Positions 1 through 9,256 of a stretch of DNA of 40,299 nucleotides are shown in pieces. The notes below the pieces were generated by a model. The model had not been told where the DNA came from and did not search any database. It worked only from the letters and a program-made list of their open reading frames with translations. Each line of letters starts with the position of its first letter. Position 1 is the first letter of the stretch. Both the position numbers and the translations under genes were made by a program. The stretch comes from Aquificales bacterium (lineage in GTDB: Bacteria; Aquificota; Aquificia; Aquificales; QOAS01): the NCBI GenBank assembly GCA_027036735.1, contig JALWDU010000045.1:1-40299 (forward strand), written 5' to 3'.

Positions 1-782
1 TGGTAAGCCTCATAGCCCCCATAGGTAAGGGGCAGAGGGGTCTCATAGTGGCTCCGCCGAAGGCGGGTAAAACCACCCTACTCCAAAAGATAGCGACCGC
101 GATAATACGCAACCACCCGGAAGTTCATCTGATGATACTCCTTATCGACGAGCGTCCCGAAGAGGTTACCGAGATGAAGCGCATCGTCGGTGAGGGGGCG
201 GAGGTTATAGCCTCCACCTTCGACGAGCCGCCCGAAAAGCACATGCACGTAGCGGAACTGATGATTGAACGGGCTAAGCGTATGGTGGAAATGGGCAAGG
301 ATGTTGTTATACTCCTCGACTCGCTTACGCGTCTCACCAGGGCATCCAACGCGGTAACTCCGCCCAGCGGTAGGGTGCTTTCGGGTGGTATAGAGGCAAA
401 CGCCTTCCTGCGCCCCAAAAAGTTCTTCGGTGCGGCGCGTAATATCGAGGGCGGCGGAAGCCTCACCATCCTGGCAACCGCCCTTATAGAGACCGGTTCG
501 AGGATGGATGACGTAATTTACGAGGAGTTTAAGGGAACCGGTAATATGGAGATACACCTCGACCGCAGGCTCTACGAGAGGAGGGTCTTCCCCGCCATTA
601 ACATCGAAAAGTCGGGAACCCGTAAGGAGGAACTGCTCCTCGAACCTTGGGAGCTCCAAAAGATATGGGTGCTCCGGAAATTCCTCTCCACCATGGACGC
701 CGTCGAGGCTATGGAGTTCCTCCTCGACAAACTCCGCAAGTTCAAAACCAACAAAGATTTCCTAAAGGCGATGAACGCCTGA
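1..782 (+). CDS. rho: Transcription termination factor Rho (5' part lies outside the window)
   Basis: The frame is open from the window start ([24 protein letters not shown]). It has the Walker A motif plus [30 protein letters not shown] and [10 protein letters not shown]. Confidence 0.98.
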   Translation, partial: VSLIAPIGKGQRGLIVAPPKAGKTTLLQKIATAIIRNHPEVHLMILLIDERPEEVTEMKRIVGEGAEVIASTFDEPPEKHMHVAELMIERAKRMVEMGKDVVILLDSLTRLTRASNAVTPPSGRVLSGGIEANAFLRPKKFFGAARNIEGGGSLTILATALIETGSRMDDVIYEEFKGTGNMEIHLDRRLYERRVFPAINIEKSGTRKEELLLEPWELQKIWVLRKFLSTMDAVEAMEFLLDKLRKFKTNKDFLKAMNA

Positions 783-809
783 TTTTCCCTCCCCTTAAAG
801 TTTTCCCTT

Positions 810-2048
810 ATGCAAATCCCCTTTTTGGAAAGGTATATAGACGACCTGTTTCGGTTGGCGGTAATACAGCGCTGGAACGACCACCCGAGACCCTTCAACA
901 TCACCGAGCTCGACAAACAGGGGCATAAAACGATTGTTGCCTACCTCTTTGCGAAGATAGAGGAGACCGAAAGAGGGAAATCGGTAAATTGGAACGGACT
1001 TATTGAGGGTCTAATATTCGAAGCCTTCCAGAGGTCGGTCTTTACTGATTTGAAACCCCGTTTGTTTCACAAGCTCCTAAAGACCAAAAGGGAGAAATTG
1101 AACGAACACCTCTTCAAGACCTACGAGGGGTATTTAAGGAACTTCGACGACCGACTTTGGGAGGACTTTAAAAAATACTTTTCCGACGATAGTTTTTTGA
1201 GTTTTGAAAAGCACGTTATAAGGGCTTCCCACTTCATACCCACCTATTGGGAGTTTCAGTTCATCTATCCCCTCGCGAGGGCTATGCCGAACGCCGACCG
1301 CGTAAAGGAGGAGTTGGAAAACACTCTCGAGGATTTTCACCACCTAATCGGCATTCAGAGGTTTCTACTAAGGCGCAAGCTCTACAGCTTTATAAACCTC
1401 TGCGGACAGCTTCGCTTTCAAAAGAGGTGGATTTCGGTCGAGAGGATACCCCAAACCTCGGTGATGGGGCACCTCTTCTTCGTGGCGACGCTTGTTTATC
1501 TCTTGATGAGATTTATAGCCCGCGAAGCGGGGATTCCTATTTCCGATAGGGCTTATTATTCGACCTTCTTCGCCGCCCTCTTCCACGACCTACCCGAGAT
1601 AATCACGAGGGACATAATTTCCAACCTAAAAGATATCCTCGGGAGGGAGGAGATTAGGAAAATCGAGGTCGAGGGATTGGAAAACGAGGTTCTCAGTCTC
1701 CTCCCGGGATATATAGCCGACGAGATAAGGGTCTTTTTGGCACTCGTTCCCCCCGATAGGTCTTTGGATATAGACGAATTTGCCGATAGGGTTTTCAAAA
1801 GTGGCAAACTCCATTTGGTGGAGGGTGGAGACCTCTCCTTTTTGGGTGAGGATGACGGTTATCCCATCTGGGGGACTCTGATAAAGTTTGCCGACCTCCT
1901 ATCGGCGTATTACGAAGCCCACTACACCCTAAAGCACGGAATTAGGAACGACGAGCTCGAAAAAGCCCTCCAGGGGTTGAGGGAGAAACTGATAACCCAC
2001 CCCTTGGCGGAGAGGTTTGAATTTTTAAAGTCCCTCGTGGGGGATTGA
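810..2048 (+). CDS. Tandem HD-domain (YfbR-like) putative phosphohydrolase
   Basis: Two repeated units (QRWND...H and KRWIS...SVMGH). The C-terminal unit has FHDLPEIITRD and KFADLLSA. The N-terminal unit lacks the HD pair. Confidence 0.8.
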   Translation: MQIPFLERYIDDLFRLAVIQRWNDHPRPFNITELDKQGHKTIVAYLFAKIEETERGKSVNWNGLIEGLIFEAFQRSVFTDLKPRLFHKLLKTKREKLNEHLFKTYEGYLRNFDDRLWEDFKKYFSDDSFLSFEKHVIRASHFIPTYWEFQFIYPLARAMPNADRVKEELENTLEDFHHLIGIQRFLLRRKLYSFINLCGQLRFQKRWISVERIPQTSVMGHLFFVATLVYLLMRFIAREAGIPISDRAYYSTFFAALFHDLPEIITRDIISNLKDILGREEIRKIEVEGLENEVLSLLPGYIADEIRVFLALVPPDRSLDIDEFADRVFKSGKLHLVEGGDLSFLGEDDGYPIWGTLIKFADLLSAYYEAHYTLKHGIRNDELEKALQGLREKLITHPLAERFEFLKSLVGD

Positions 2049-2084
2049 TGGAAACGGAAATACCAATTTATTAAATAAACTTTT

Positions 2085-2283
2085 TTACAGCTCCAAAAGT
2101 TTATTTATTTCTTCTTTATCGACTTCCGGAGATTTCTCGGCTTCTTTGAGATGTTTAACAAAAAGTGAGTCCTCAATTTCCTCCAAAATTTCCTTTAATA
2201 GTTGGTTTTTTTTTTATCAAATACTCTTTAAGTATTTCTTTAATTTGTTCCTCCGGCAGTTCAATTTCAACTTTTATACCCAT
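2085..2283 (-). pseudogene. Frameshifted small acidic antitoxin-like gene
   Basis: ATG at 2283. Removing one base from the A10 run (T10 on + at 2206-2215) restores a 65-aa ORF, MGIKVEIELPEEQIKEILKEYLIKKNQLLKEILEEIEDSLFVKHLKEAEKSPEVDKEEINKLLEL*. It lies next to a RelE fragment. Confidence 0.65.
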
Positions 2284-2297
2284 AGTCAAAAAAGATA

Positions 2298-2533
2298 TTG
2301 AAAAAAATTTCGGATAAAAGGGTTTAAAAAAGTTAAAAGAATTTCTTTCCCACCTTGAAAGTGTAGAATCCTTAAATCAGTTGGAAGGGGTGGATATAAA
2401 GCCTTTAAAAGGGGTTAAAAACTATTACCGCATTCGTGTGGGAAGCTATAGGTTGGGTTTTAAAAAGGAGGGCAATAGGTTAATAATCCTTCGTTTTATG
2501 CACCGTAAGGACATATACAAGGATTTTCCGTAA
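2298..2533 (+). pseudogene. RelE/ParE-family toxin remnant (N-terminus missing, frameshifted near 2322)
   Basis: Hand translation gives LKKISDKRV/fs/LKKLKEFLSHLESVESLNQLEGVDIKPLKGVKNYYRIRVGSYRLGFKKEGNRLIILRFMHRKDIYKDFP*. IKPLKG, YRIRVGSYR and HRKDIY are RelE hallmarks. The main frame has an in-frame TAA at 2315. Confidence 0.85.
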
Positions 2534-2566
2534 AAATTAGAAATAGTGAAATAAAAAGAAACCCAT

Positions 2567-4177
2567 TTAAAGTTTTATCTGCTTGAGGCTGATAATTTCG
2601 GGTATCTGACGGAGGAGCTCGAGAGCCTCTTCCGGTGCGGGTTCGTCGAGGTTTAGAACCCCTATAGCCCTTCCGCCCCTCTTTTCCCTACCGAGTTTAA
2701 AGCCGGCTATGTTTATGTTGAACTTACCGAGGATATTGCCTATCTTGCCGATGACGCCGGGAATATCGCGGTTTTCGAAGACGAGCAGAACACCCTCCGG
2801 TTCGACGTAGACCTTAAAGCTGTCTATCTGAACGAAGCGCGGCAGGTATCCCTCGAGGACGCTACCGGCGACGCTTCTCTTACCCTGGTCGGTGTAGACG
2901 GTCACCTTAACGAGGTGCTTGAAGTCGGGACTGTCCTCGCTGGCGACCTCCTCCACCTTTATACCCTTTTCGCGGGCTATGAAGGGCGCGTTTAGTATAT
3001 TGACCGGGTAGTCAACGGTTTCTTTCAGGATACCGCTAAGAACCGCTGCGGTAATCGGCTTTACGTGTTCGGCTATATCGCCGTAGACCTCTACTTTGAC
3101 CTCCCTCGGGTGGATACCAGCCCACTGGACGATAAACTGCCCCATCTTTTCGGCAAGGTCGAGAACCGGTTTTATAAGCCCCAGCGCCGAGAGGTCGGGG
3201 AAGGGTGCGTTGACGACGTGCTCGGGGGTCTCGCCCTTGAGCGCCTTTAACACCTGCTGGGCTACCATAACGGCGACGTTGGTCTGCGATTCCCTCGTGT
3301 TTGCGCCGATGTGGGGCGACAGCGAGAGGTTTATCTTACCCTCCTCCCAAAGTTGGAGAAGTGCGTCTATAAACTCCTTGGGCGGGGGTTCCGGTTTGAA
3401 CACGTCGAGGGCTATCCCCTTAATCTTTCCGGTTTTGGCAACCTCCACGAGGTCGTCCTGATTTATTATTCCCCCCCTCGCGCAGTTTACTATGTAAACC
3501 CCATCCTTCATGAGTTCCAATTCCCTCTTGGATATCATGTTGAGGGTTTCCTCTGTGAGGGGGGCGTGTATGGTCAGAACGTCTATCTCCCTTAACATGT
3601 CGTCGAGGTTGTCGACCAGCTTAACGCCGAGGCGTTCCGCCTTTTCGGGGGGGATATAGGGGTCGTAGGCGTAGACCTCCATACCGAAGGCTTTAGTCCT
3701 TATCGCTATCTGGGAGCCTATATTTCCCAAACCTATAATTCCGAGCTTCTTGCCGAAGAGCTCTTCGCCCATAAACTTTTTGCGCTCCCATTTGCCCTGG
3801 GCGACCGATTGGTGGGCTTTGTGCCCGTTCCTCATGATGGTGAGCATGTGCATCATGGTGAGTTCGGTCGCCCCTATGGTGTTGGCGCCGGGTGTGTTGA
3901 CGACCAGTATTCCCCTTTTGGAACACTCCTCCAAATCGACGTTATCGACGCCCACACCAGCCCTTCCGACAACCTTCAGGTTTTTGGCGCGTTCTAAAAG
4001 CTCCTTGTTTACGGGGGTGCGGCTTCGGGTAATAATCGCGTGGTAGGGTTCTATAATCTCGAGAAGTTCCTCGAAGGGTATTTCCGGTCTGTAATCGACT
4101 TCCACTTCGGGGTCGTTTTGGAGTATCTTAATCCCCTCTTCGGCTATAGGGTCGGTGATGATAACCTTATAGGTCAT
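2567..4177 (-). CDS. serA: D-3-phosphoglycerate dehydrogenase (long form with ASB/ACT domains)
   Basis: GRAGVGVDN, GLGNIG NAD-binding motif, NCARGG, SPHIGA and a C-terminal ACT domain (NRDIPGVIG). Confidence 0.96.
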   Translation of the reverse strand: MTYKVIITDPIAEEGIKILQNDPEVEVDYRPEIPFEELLEIIEPYHAIITRSRTPVNKELLERAKNLKVVGRAGVGVDNVDLEECSKRGILVVNTPGANTIGATELTMMHMLTIMRNGHKAHQSVAQGKWERKKFMGEELFGKKLGIIGLGNIGSQIAIRTKAFGMEVYAYDPYIPPEKAERLGVKLVDNLDDMLREIDVLTIHAPLTEETLNMISKRELELMKDGVYIVNCARGGIINQDDLVEVAKTGKIKGIALDVFKPEPPPKEFIDALLQLWEEGKINLSLSPHIGANTRESQTNVAVMVAQQVLKALKGETPEHVVNAPFPDLSALGLIKPVLDLAEKMGQFIVQWAGIHPREVKVEVYGDIAEHVKPITAAVLSGILKETVDYPVNILNAPFIAREKGIKVEEVASEDSPDFKHLVKVTVYTDQGKRSVAGSVLEGYLPRFVQIDSFKVYVEPEGVLLVFENRDIPGVIGKIGNILGKFNINIAGFKLGREKRGGRAIGVLNLDEPAPEEALELLRQIPEIISLKQIKL

Positions 4178-4253
4178 AAGGTCTCAATTTTATTCCCGCA
4201 AAGGTGTTGCCCCTTCCCCTGTCCCCCAAAAGGTGCGAAGGGAGGGAAAACCC

Positions 4254-5174
4254 CTATTGGGGGTCGTTTCGTTTCTCCTTTAGGAGGAAATTGGCTATTA
4301 TCGCCCCGTGCTTGACCGCCCAGTCGCTGACGACTATTTCCTCCTTTTGGAAAAGCTCCAGCGTGCGCCAGAATATCGCCGCGCCGGCGACAATCGCCTC
4401 CGCCCTCCTGTCCTCTATTTGGGGGATTTTCCTCCTCTCCTCCACGCTCATGGAGGACAGCTTTTCAAACCAGTATTTGACCCTCTCTTTGGTTAAAAGC
4501 TTTCCGTTTACCTCTTTCGGGTCGTAGGGGTATATCCCGTATTCGAGGGCGGCTATCGTTGTTATGGTTCCTCCCAGACCTATGAGGGTATCGACCGGTC
4601 TTGCGACCTTTGAAATTTCCCCATCGAGGAATTCGATTAGTTTTTTCAATTCCTCCGCCGTAGGCGGGTCGTATTTTAAAAAGGTTTCGGTGAGGTTTAC
4701 AATCCCGAAGGGGAGCGATACGACCTCTTTCGGCTCATCTCTCTCACCGAAAATGTATTCGGTGGAGCCTCCCCCTTGGTCTACGACGCAAACCCTACCC
4801 TCGGGGTGGACGGCGTAGTAGGCACCCAGATAGGCGTATCTCCCCTCCTCCTCCGGGGGAATTACACGGATTTCTATTCCCAGCTTTTGGACTTCGCTCA
4901 AAAACCTGTCCCTATTTTGGGCTACCCTTAAGGCTTCCGTTCCCAGTGCGAGGCACTTATCGACTTTATATTCCTCGCAGAGTTTTTTGTATCTCTTTAG
5001 AACCTCGAGGGTTTCTTTAATAGCCTCCTCCGAAAGGAGTTTGGTCTGCTTTACCCCCCTTCCGAGGGCGGTTATATGCCCCTCCTCGTAGAGTATCTCG
5101 AAGGTATTCCCTTTAATCTCCGCTATCGTTATCCGGGTGGAGTAGGTTCCTATATCTATAACGGCAACCCTCAT
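4254..5174 (-). CDS. ppx: Exopolyphosphatase/pppGpp phosphohydrolase (short Ppx/GppA)
   Basis: IDIGTYS, TEALR, EEEG, DQGGGSTE and GLGGT ASKHA motifs. Confidence 0.92.
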   Translation of the reverse strand: MRVAVIDIGTYSTRITIAEIKGNTFEILYEEGHITALGRGVKQTKLLSEEAIKETLEVLKRYKKLCEEYKVDKCLALGTEALRVAQNRDRFLSEVQKLGIEIRVIPPEEEGRYAYLGAYYAVHPEGRVCVVDQGGGSTEYIFGERDEPKEVVSLPFGIVNLTETFLKYDPPTAEELKKLIEFLDGEISKVARPVDTLIGLGGTITTIAALEYGIYPYDPKEVNGKLLTKERVKYWFEKLSSMSVEERRKIPQIEDRRAEAIVAGAAIFWRTLELFQKEEIVVSDWAVKHGAIIANFLLKEKRNDPQ

Positions 5175-5187
5175 AAGGGAGGGGATT

Positions 5188-5970
5188 TTAAGCCCCCCCG
5201 TAGAGGAAGTTTAAAAGACCCAGCTTTTTGCAGACCAGACCCACCACCGCACCGAGGGCGAGGAAGGGAACGAAGGGAACGGCAAACTGGAGGGAGCGGT
5301 TTCTGACCACCTGCGGGAGGAAGAAGAGAAGCGCGAATATTGCACCTAAAAAGAGGGAGCAGTAAACGCCGACGTAGCCCTCAAACGCCCCAATCATAGC
5401 CAAGACCTTCGCATCCCCCAGCCCGAGGGGAACTATTCCCTTTAGGAAGTAGTAGAGCAGTATCAAAAGAACCACGACGCCCGCCCCTATCAGCGCGGCT
5501 ATAAAGCTTTCGGTTGGGGTTATGTCGGGGCGGAAGAAGGAGAGCACCAAGCCCACCACCAGCCCCCCGAGGCTGAGGGTGTCGGGAACCTCGAAGGTTT
5601 TCCAGTCGATGAGGGAAATGACGAGGAGTATGTAAACCATCAGGGTATAGGAGAAGACTGTCAACCAACCTTGGTCGGAGTATAACAGATAGACCACCAC
5701 CGGTGTTATTCCGCCGAGGAGTTCCACCAAGGGGTAGCGGAGGGGTATCCTCCACCCGCAGTGGCGGCATCTACCCTTCAAAACCAGGTAGGAGATAAGG
5801 GGTATGTTGTCGTACCACTTAATGGGGGTTTTGCAGTTGGGGCAGTAAGACCTCCCCTTGAGGATACCTGTGAGGTTCTCCCTTTCCGAAAAGCGGTAGA
5901 TGAGGACGTTTAAAAAACTCCCAACGGCTAGACCCAAAACGAAGAGCGCAAAAAGGGTTAGGTATTCCAT
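5188..5970 (-). CDS. pilD: Prepilin peptidase/N-methyltransferase (A24)
   Basis: GSFLNVLIYR, two CxxC pairs, WYDNIP, catalytic ID and GLGDAK motifs, many TM segments. Confidence 0.95.
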   Translation of the reverse strand: MEYLTLFALFVLGLAVGSFLNVLIYRFSERENLTGILKGRSYCPNCKTPIKWYDNIPLISYLVLKGRCRHCGWRIPLRYPLVELLGGITPVVVYLLYSDQGWLTVFSYTLMVYILLVISLIDWKTFEVPDTLSLGGLVVGLVLSFFRPDITPTESFIAALIGAGVVVLLILLYYFLKGIVPLGLGDAKVLAMIGAFEGYVGVYCSLFLGAIFALLFFLPQVVRNRSLQFAVPFVPFLALGAVVGLVCKKLGLLNFLYGGA

Positions 5971-6005
5971 AAAAACAAAATAGGTTAAGGAAAAAGGGAA
6001 AACCT

Positions 6006-7235
6006 TTAACGGTCGGCGTAAGCCTTTTCCCCGTGGAGGTTTTTGTCGAGACCTTCGATTTCGACCTCTTCGGGAACGCGCAAGCCGCCGAAGATTGCGC
6101 CGACGACCTTAAGCAGTATCCAGCTGACAACGGCGGTATAGACGATAACTACAACCGTTCCCACTATTTGGGGAACTATCAGGGAAGCGCCGCCGTAAAA
6201 GAGACCGTTGGCGTCGCCGACAGCCTTGGAGGCGAAGAGCGCTATGGCGAGGGTTCCGGTTATACCGCCAACGCCGTGGACGCCGAAAACGTCGAGGGCG
6301 TCGTCGTAGCCGAATTTAGCCTTAGCCCAAACCACCGCGAGGAAGCATATTACTCCGCCGATGAGACCTATTAGGAACCCGCCCAGTATATCGACAAAAC
6401 CGGCGGCGGGGGTAATGGTGGCAAATCCGGCGATAATACCGGTCATGAAACCCAAGGTGGTGGGTTTTCCGAATTTAAACCACTCGAGAGCAGCCCAAAC
6501 CAGTGCCGCGACGAAGGCGGCTATAACGCTGACGAATGCCGCGTTTACCGCCTGGGCGTTGAGCGCGAGCGCCGAACCGCCGTTGAAACCGAACCAACCG
6601 AAGGCGAGAAGACCGGTTCCGACCGCAACCAAGGGGAGGCTAGCCGGCTGGAGAATAGCCTCTTTCCTCTTTCCGAGGACGTAAGCTCCGACGAGGGCGG
6701 TAATACCCGATGTTGCGTGAACCACCAGACCGCCCGCAAAGTCGTGAACTCCCAACTTGGAGAGGAAACCGCCGCCCCATATCCAGTGGGCTACCGGCAC
6801 ATAGACGAAGGTAAGCCAGAGCGCTCCGAAGAGTAGCCATGCGGAGAACTTTATCCTCTCAATCCACGCACCGGCAATTAGTCCCACCGTTATGGCGGCG
6901 AAGGTCATCTGATAGAAGGCGAAGAGGTAGGCGTATAGGTTGCTTGCCACGTCGGAGGGACTGCTCGGCGAGTAACCCATTAGGAAGACCTGCTTCAGAG
7001 TTCCGATAATCCCGCCGATATCACCCTCAAAGGCGAGCGAATAGCCGTAGGCTATCCAGAGGATTCCCGCCAGGGCAAACGAGCCCATCACCATGAAAAT
7101 GGTATTGAGCATGCTACGGGTTCGGGTCAGTCCGCCGTAAAAGACGGCGAGCCCGGTAAAGCCCATGACAAAAACCAACGCCGTGGCGACCAAAATCCAG
7201 AGGTTGTCAACCGGAACAATTGTGCTCTGCGTCAT
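6006..7235 (-). CDS. amtB: Ammonium transporter
   Basis: FYQMTFAAIT, AHWIWGGG, DFAGGLVVH, GWFGFNGGS and DVFGVHG. Confidence 0.96.
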   Translation of the reverse strand: MTQSTIVPVDNLWILVATALVFVMGFTGLAVFYGGLTRTRSMLNTIFMVMGSFALAGILWIAYGYSLAFEGDIGGIIGTLKQVFLMGYSPSSPSDVASNLYAYLFAFYQMTFAAITVGLIAGAWIERIKFSAWLLFGALWLTFVYVPVAHWIWGGGFLSKLGVHDFAGGLVVHATSGITALVGAYVLGKRKEAILQPASLPLVAVGTGLLAFGWFGFNGGSALALNAQAVNAAFVSVIAAFVAALVWAALEWFKFGKPTTLGFMTGIIAGFATITPAAGFVDILGGFLIGLIGGVICFLAVVWAKAKFGYDDALDVFGVHGVGGITGTLAIALFASKAVGDANGLFYGGASLIVPQIVGTVVVIVYTAVVSWILLKVVGAIFGGLRVPEEVEIEGLDKNLHGEKAYADR

Positions 7236-7291
7236 AAAGATGAATTTTCAAAAGTGGAAACCTTTTTGAAAACACCCTTAAGGGTAATTGG

Positions 7292-7309
7292 GTTTACAAG
7301 AATGTAAAC
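7292..7309. promoter_or_regulatory. Palindrome GTTTACA-N4-TGTAAAC upstream of amtB (candidate transcription-factor site)
   Basis: Perfect 7-bp inverted repeat about 57 bp upstream of the amtB start. Confidence 0.45.
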
Positions 7310-7332
7310 ATTAACCGTGCAAAAAAATAAAT

Positions 7333-7343
7333 CCCCGAAGGGG
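7333..7343 (-). terminator. Short hairpin after hisS
   Basis: On the minus strand CCCC-TTC-GGGG is followed by ATTTATTTTTTT, 11 bp after the hisS stop. Confidence 0.5.
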
Positions 7344-7354
7344 AAAAGGGAAAA

Positions 7355-8602
7355 TCACCCACTTTGGGTTTTCAAAATTTTTACTATCTCCTCCAGGGGG
7401 AGCCTTATCTCCTCCCTCGTGTGGAGGTTTTTGAGGGGAAAGAGCTCCTCCTTTAGTTCGTTTTCACCGACCACAATTGTGTAGTCCGCCCCTATCTTGT
7501 TGGCAAACTCGAACTGCTTCCTAATTTTGCCCTCCCTGTAGGAGAGTTCCGTCCTTATACCCTCCTCGCGCAAGCGGTGGGCTAGCTTTAAAGCCTCCTC
7601 CCTTTCTCGGTCGCCCCCGAAGGGGATAACCAATACCAGCGGCGGACGCTTGGGAAGCTCCTTTACCAGGAGCATAAGCCTCTCCACACCGGCGGCAAAA
7701 CCGAGGGCGGGCGTGGGGGGTCCCCCTAACTCCTCCACCAGGTAGTCGTATCTACCCCCCGCTATAACGGTTTTTCCGAGCTCTTCGGATACGCATTCGA
7801 AAACGGTTTTGCTGTAATAATCCAGTCCCCTAACGAGGTAGGGATTTTCGACAAATTCCACACCGAGGGCTTTCAGATACTCCTTCACCTTTTGGTGGTG
7901 GGTTTTGCACTCCTCGCAGAGGTAATCGGTAATTTTGGGGGCGTTTTTCGCTATGAGCTTACACCCCTCCACCTTGCAGTCCAAGATTCTTAGGGGATTT
8001 CTCTCCAATCTTCTCTGACAGTCTTCGCAGAGCTCCTCCCTGTGTTCCTTCAAATATTGCAATAAGGCTTCCCTGTATTTGGGTCGGCACTTTTTACACC
8101 CGAGGGAGTTTATCTCAATTGTGGCGTCCACCTTTAGGGCTTTGAGGATATCGTCCGCTATTTTGATTATTTCGGCGTCCGCCAAGGGGTTCGAAGTTCC
8201 CAAAACCTCCGCCCCTATCTGGTGAAACTCCCTATACCTACCCTTTTGGGGTCTCTCGTGTCTAAACATAGACCCCTCGTAGTAGAGCTTTTTATAAGTT
8301 CCGTCGGCGTAAAGCTTGTTCTCTATGTAGGCTCGCACCACCCCCGCCGTTCCCTCGGGACGGAGGGCTATATCCCTTCCACCCTTGTCCTGGAAGGTAA
8401 ACATCTCTTTTTCCACTATGTCGGTAGCCTCTCCAATCGAGCGTGCGAAGAGCTTCGTATACTCCACCGTCGGGAGAATTATCTCCTCGAAGTTATTCCT
8501 CTCGAGGATACCCCTGGCGGTATCGACCACGTAGCGGTATTTCCTCGCCTCTTCCCCTATGAGGTCTCTGAAACCCCTAACGGTTTTAACCTTCTCCGCC
8601 AT
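7355..8602 (-). CDS. hisS: Histidine--tRNA ligase
   Basis: LRPEGTAG, FRHERPQKGRYREFHQ, LVRGLDYY and GGRYD. Confidence 0.98.
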   Translation of the reverse strand: MAEKVKTVRGFRDLIGEEARKYRYVVDTARGILERNNFEEIILPTVEYTKLFARSIGEATDIVEKEMFTFQDKGGRDIALRPEGTAGVVRAYIENKLYADGTYKKLYYEGSMFRHERPQKGRYREFHQIGAEVLGTSNPLADAEIIKIADDILKALKVDATIEINSLGCKKCRPKYREALLQYLKEHREELCEDCQRRLERNPLRILDCKVEGCKLIAKNAPKITDYLCEECKTHHQKVKEYLKALGVEFVENPYLVRGLDYYSKTVFECVSEELGKTVIAGGRYDYLVEELGGPPTPALGFAAGVERLMLLVKELPKRPPLVLVIPFGGDREREEALKLAHRLREEGIRTELSYREGKIRKQFEFANKIGADYTIVVGENELKEELFPLKNLHTREEIRLPLEEIVKILKTQSG

Positions 8603-8685
8603 TTTAAGGGTTAATTAGTTTAAGACCCGACGTCGTATCAAATTTTTAGCCACTTATTGTCATAAATATTTAGTCTTTCCATATA

Positions 8686-8711
8686 AAGTTTTTAATGCCT
8701 ATTAAAAACTT
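8686..8711. promoter_or_regulatory. Perfect 11-bp inverted repeat (operator-like)
   Basis: AAGTTTTTAAT-gcct-ATTAAAAACTT, just upstream of the GGAGG RBS of the 8726 gene. Confidence 0.55.
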
Positions 8712-8725
8712 ACGGAGGTAGGGAG

Positions 8726-9256
8726 ATGAGAAAAACCCTGACTGTCGCCGTTTTGGTGACAATCGTCGGCGTGCTGCTCGGAATGGGTATCGGCGGATTT
8801 ATCACCTACACCTCGGCGGTGCAGACGGTTAAAAGCCTGCCCGGTGCGCCGATAGTGGTGGGTGCAAAATACGACGCCGATAAAAACGCCCTCGTTATGG
8901 ACGTATTTAATCCCGGCGGGTTGCCCATCTTTATCGAGACCACCGGACTGGTATTCAAACCCAAAAGCGGCAACGGATACGCCATTGCAAACCTACCGGC
9001 GAACGTGAAGGTCGACGGCGGAACCATCGCGAGGTTGGTTATCAACCTCAAGGAGTCCAGCAAGGGTAAGGTTCAAATCGGAGACATCATAAGCGGAACA
9101 CTCGTCTACCACTACCCCTATATACCGCAAGTCTATACAACCACCTATAGGCTAACCGTCGGAAAGCCTGTTTCCCAAAACCCCGCGGAGGTTATGAGGA
9201 AAGCCGCCGAGGAGGCTAAAAAAGAACGAGCCACCAAAGGAGGTGAGGAAAAATGA
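8726..9256 (+). CDS. Hypothetical membrane-anchored protein (N-terminal TM, beta-rich exported domain)
   Basis: GGAGG RBS, a hydrophobic N-terminus and host-like codons. Overlaps the next gene by ATGA. Confidence 0.8.
   Translation: MRKTLTVAVLVTIVGVLLGMGIGGFITYTSAVQTVKSLPGAPIVVGAKYDADKNALVMDVFNPGGLPIFIETTGLVFKPKSGNGYAIANLPANVKVDGGTIARLVINLKESSKGKVQIGDIISGTLVYHYPYIPQVYTTTYRLTVGKPVSQNPAEVMRKAAEEAKKERATKGGEEK

Noticed and set aside
2030-2055. GTCCCTCGTGGGGGATTGATGGAAAC resembles the end of some type III CRISPR repeats
   Set aside because: It is mostly the last codons of the HD gene, it is single-copy and short, and there is no spacer/repeat periodicity.
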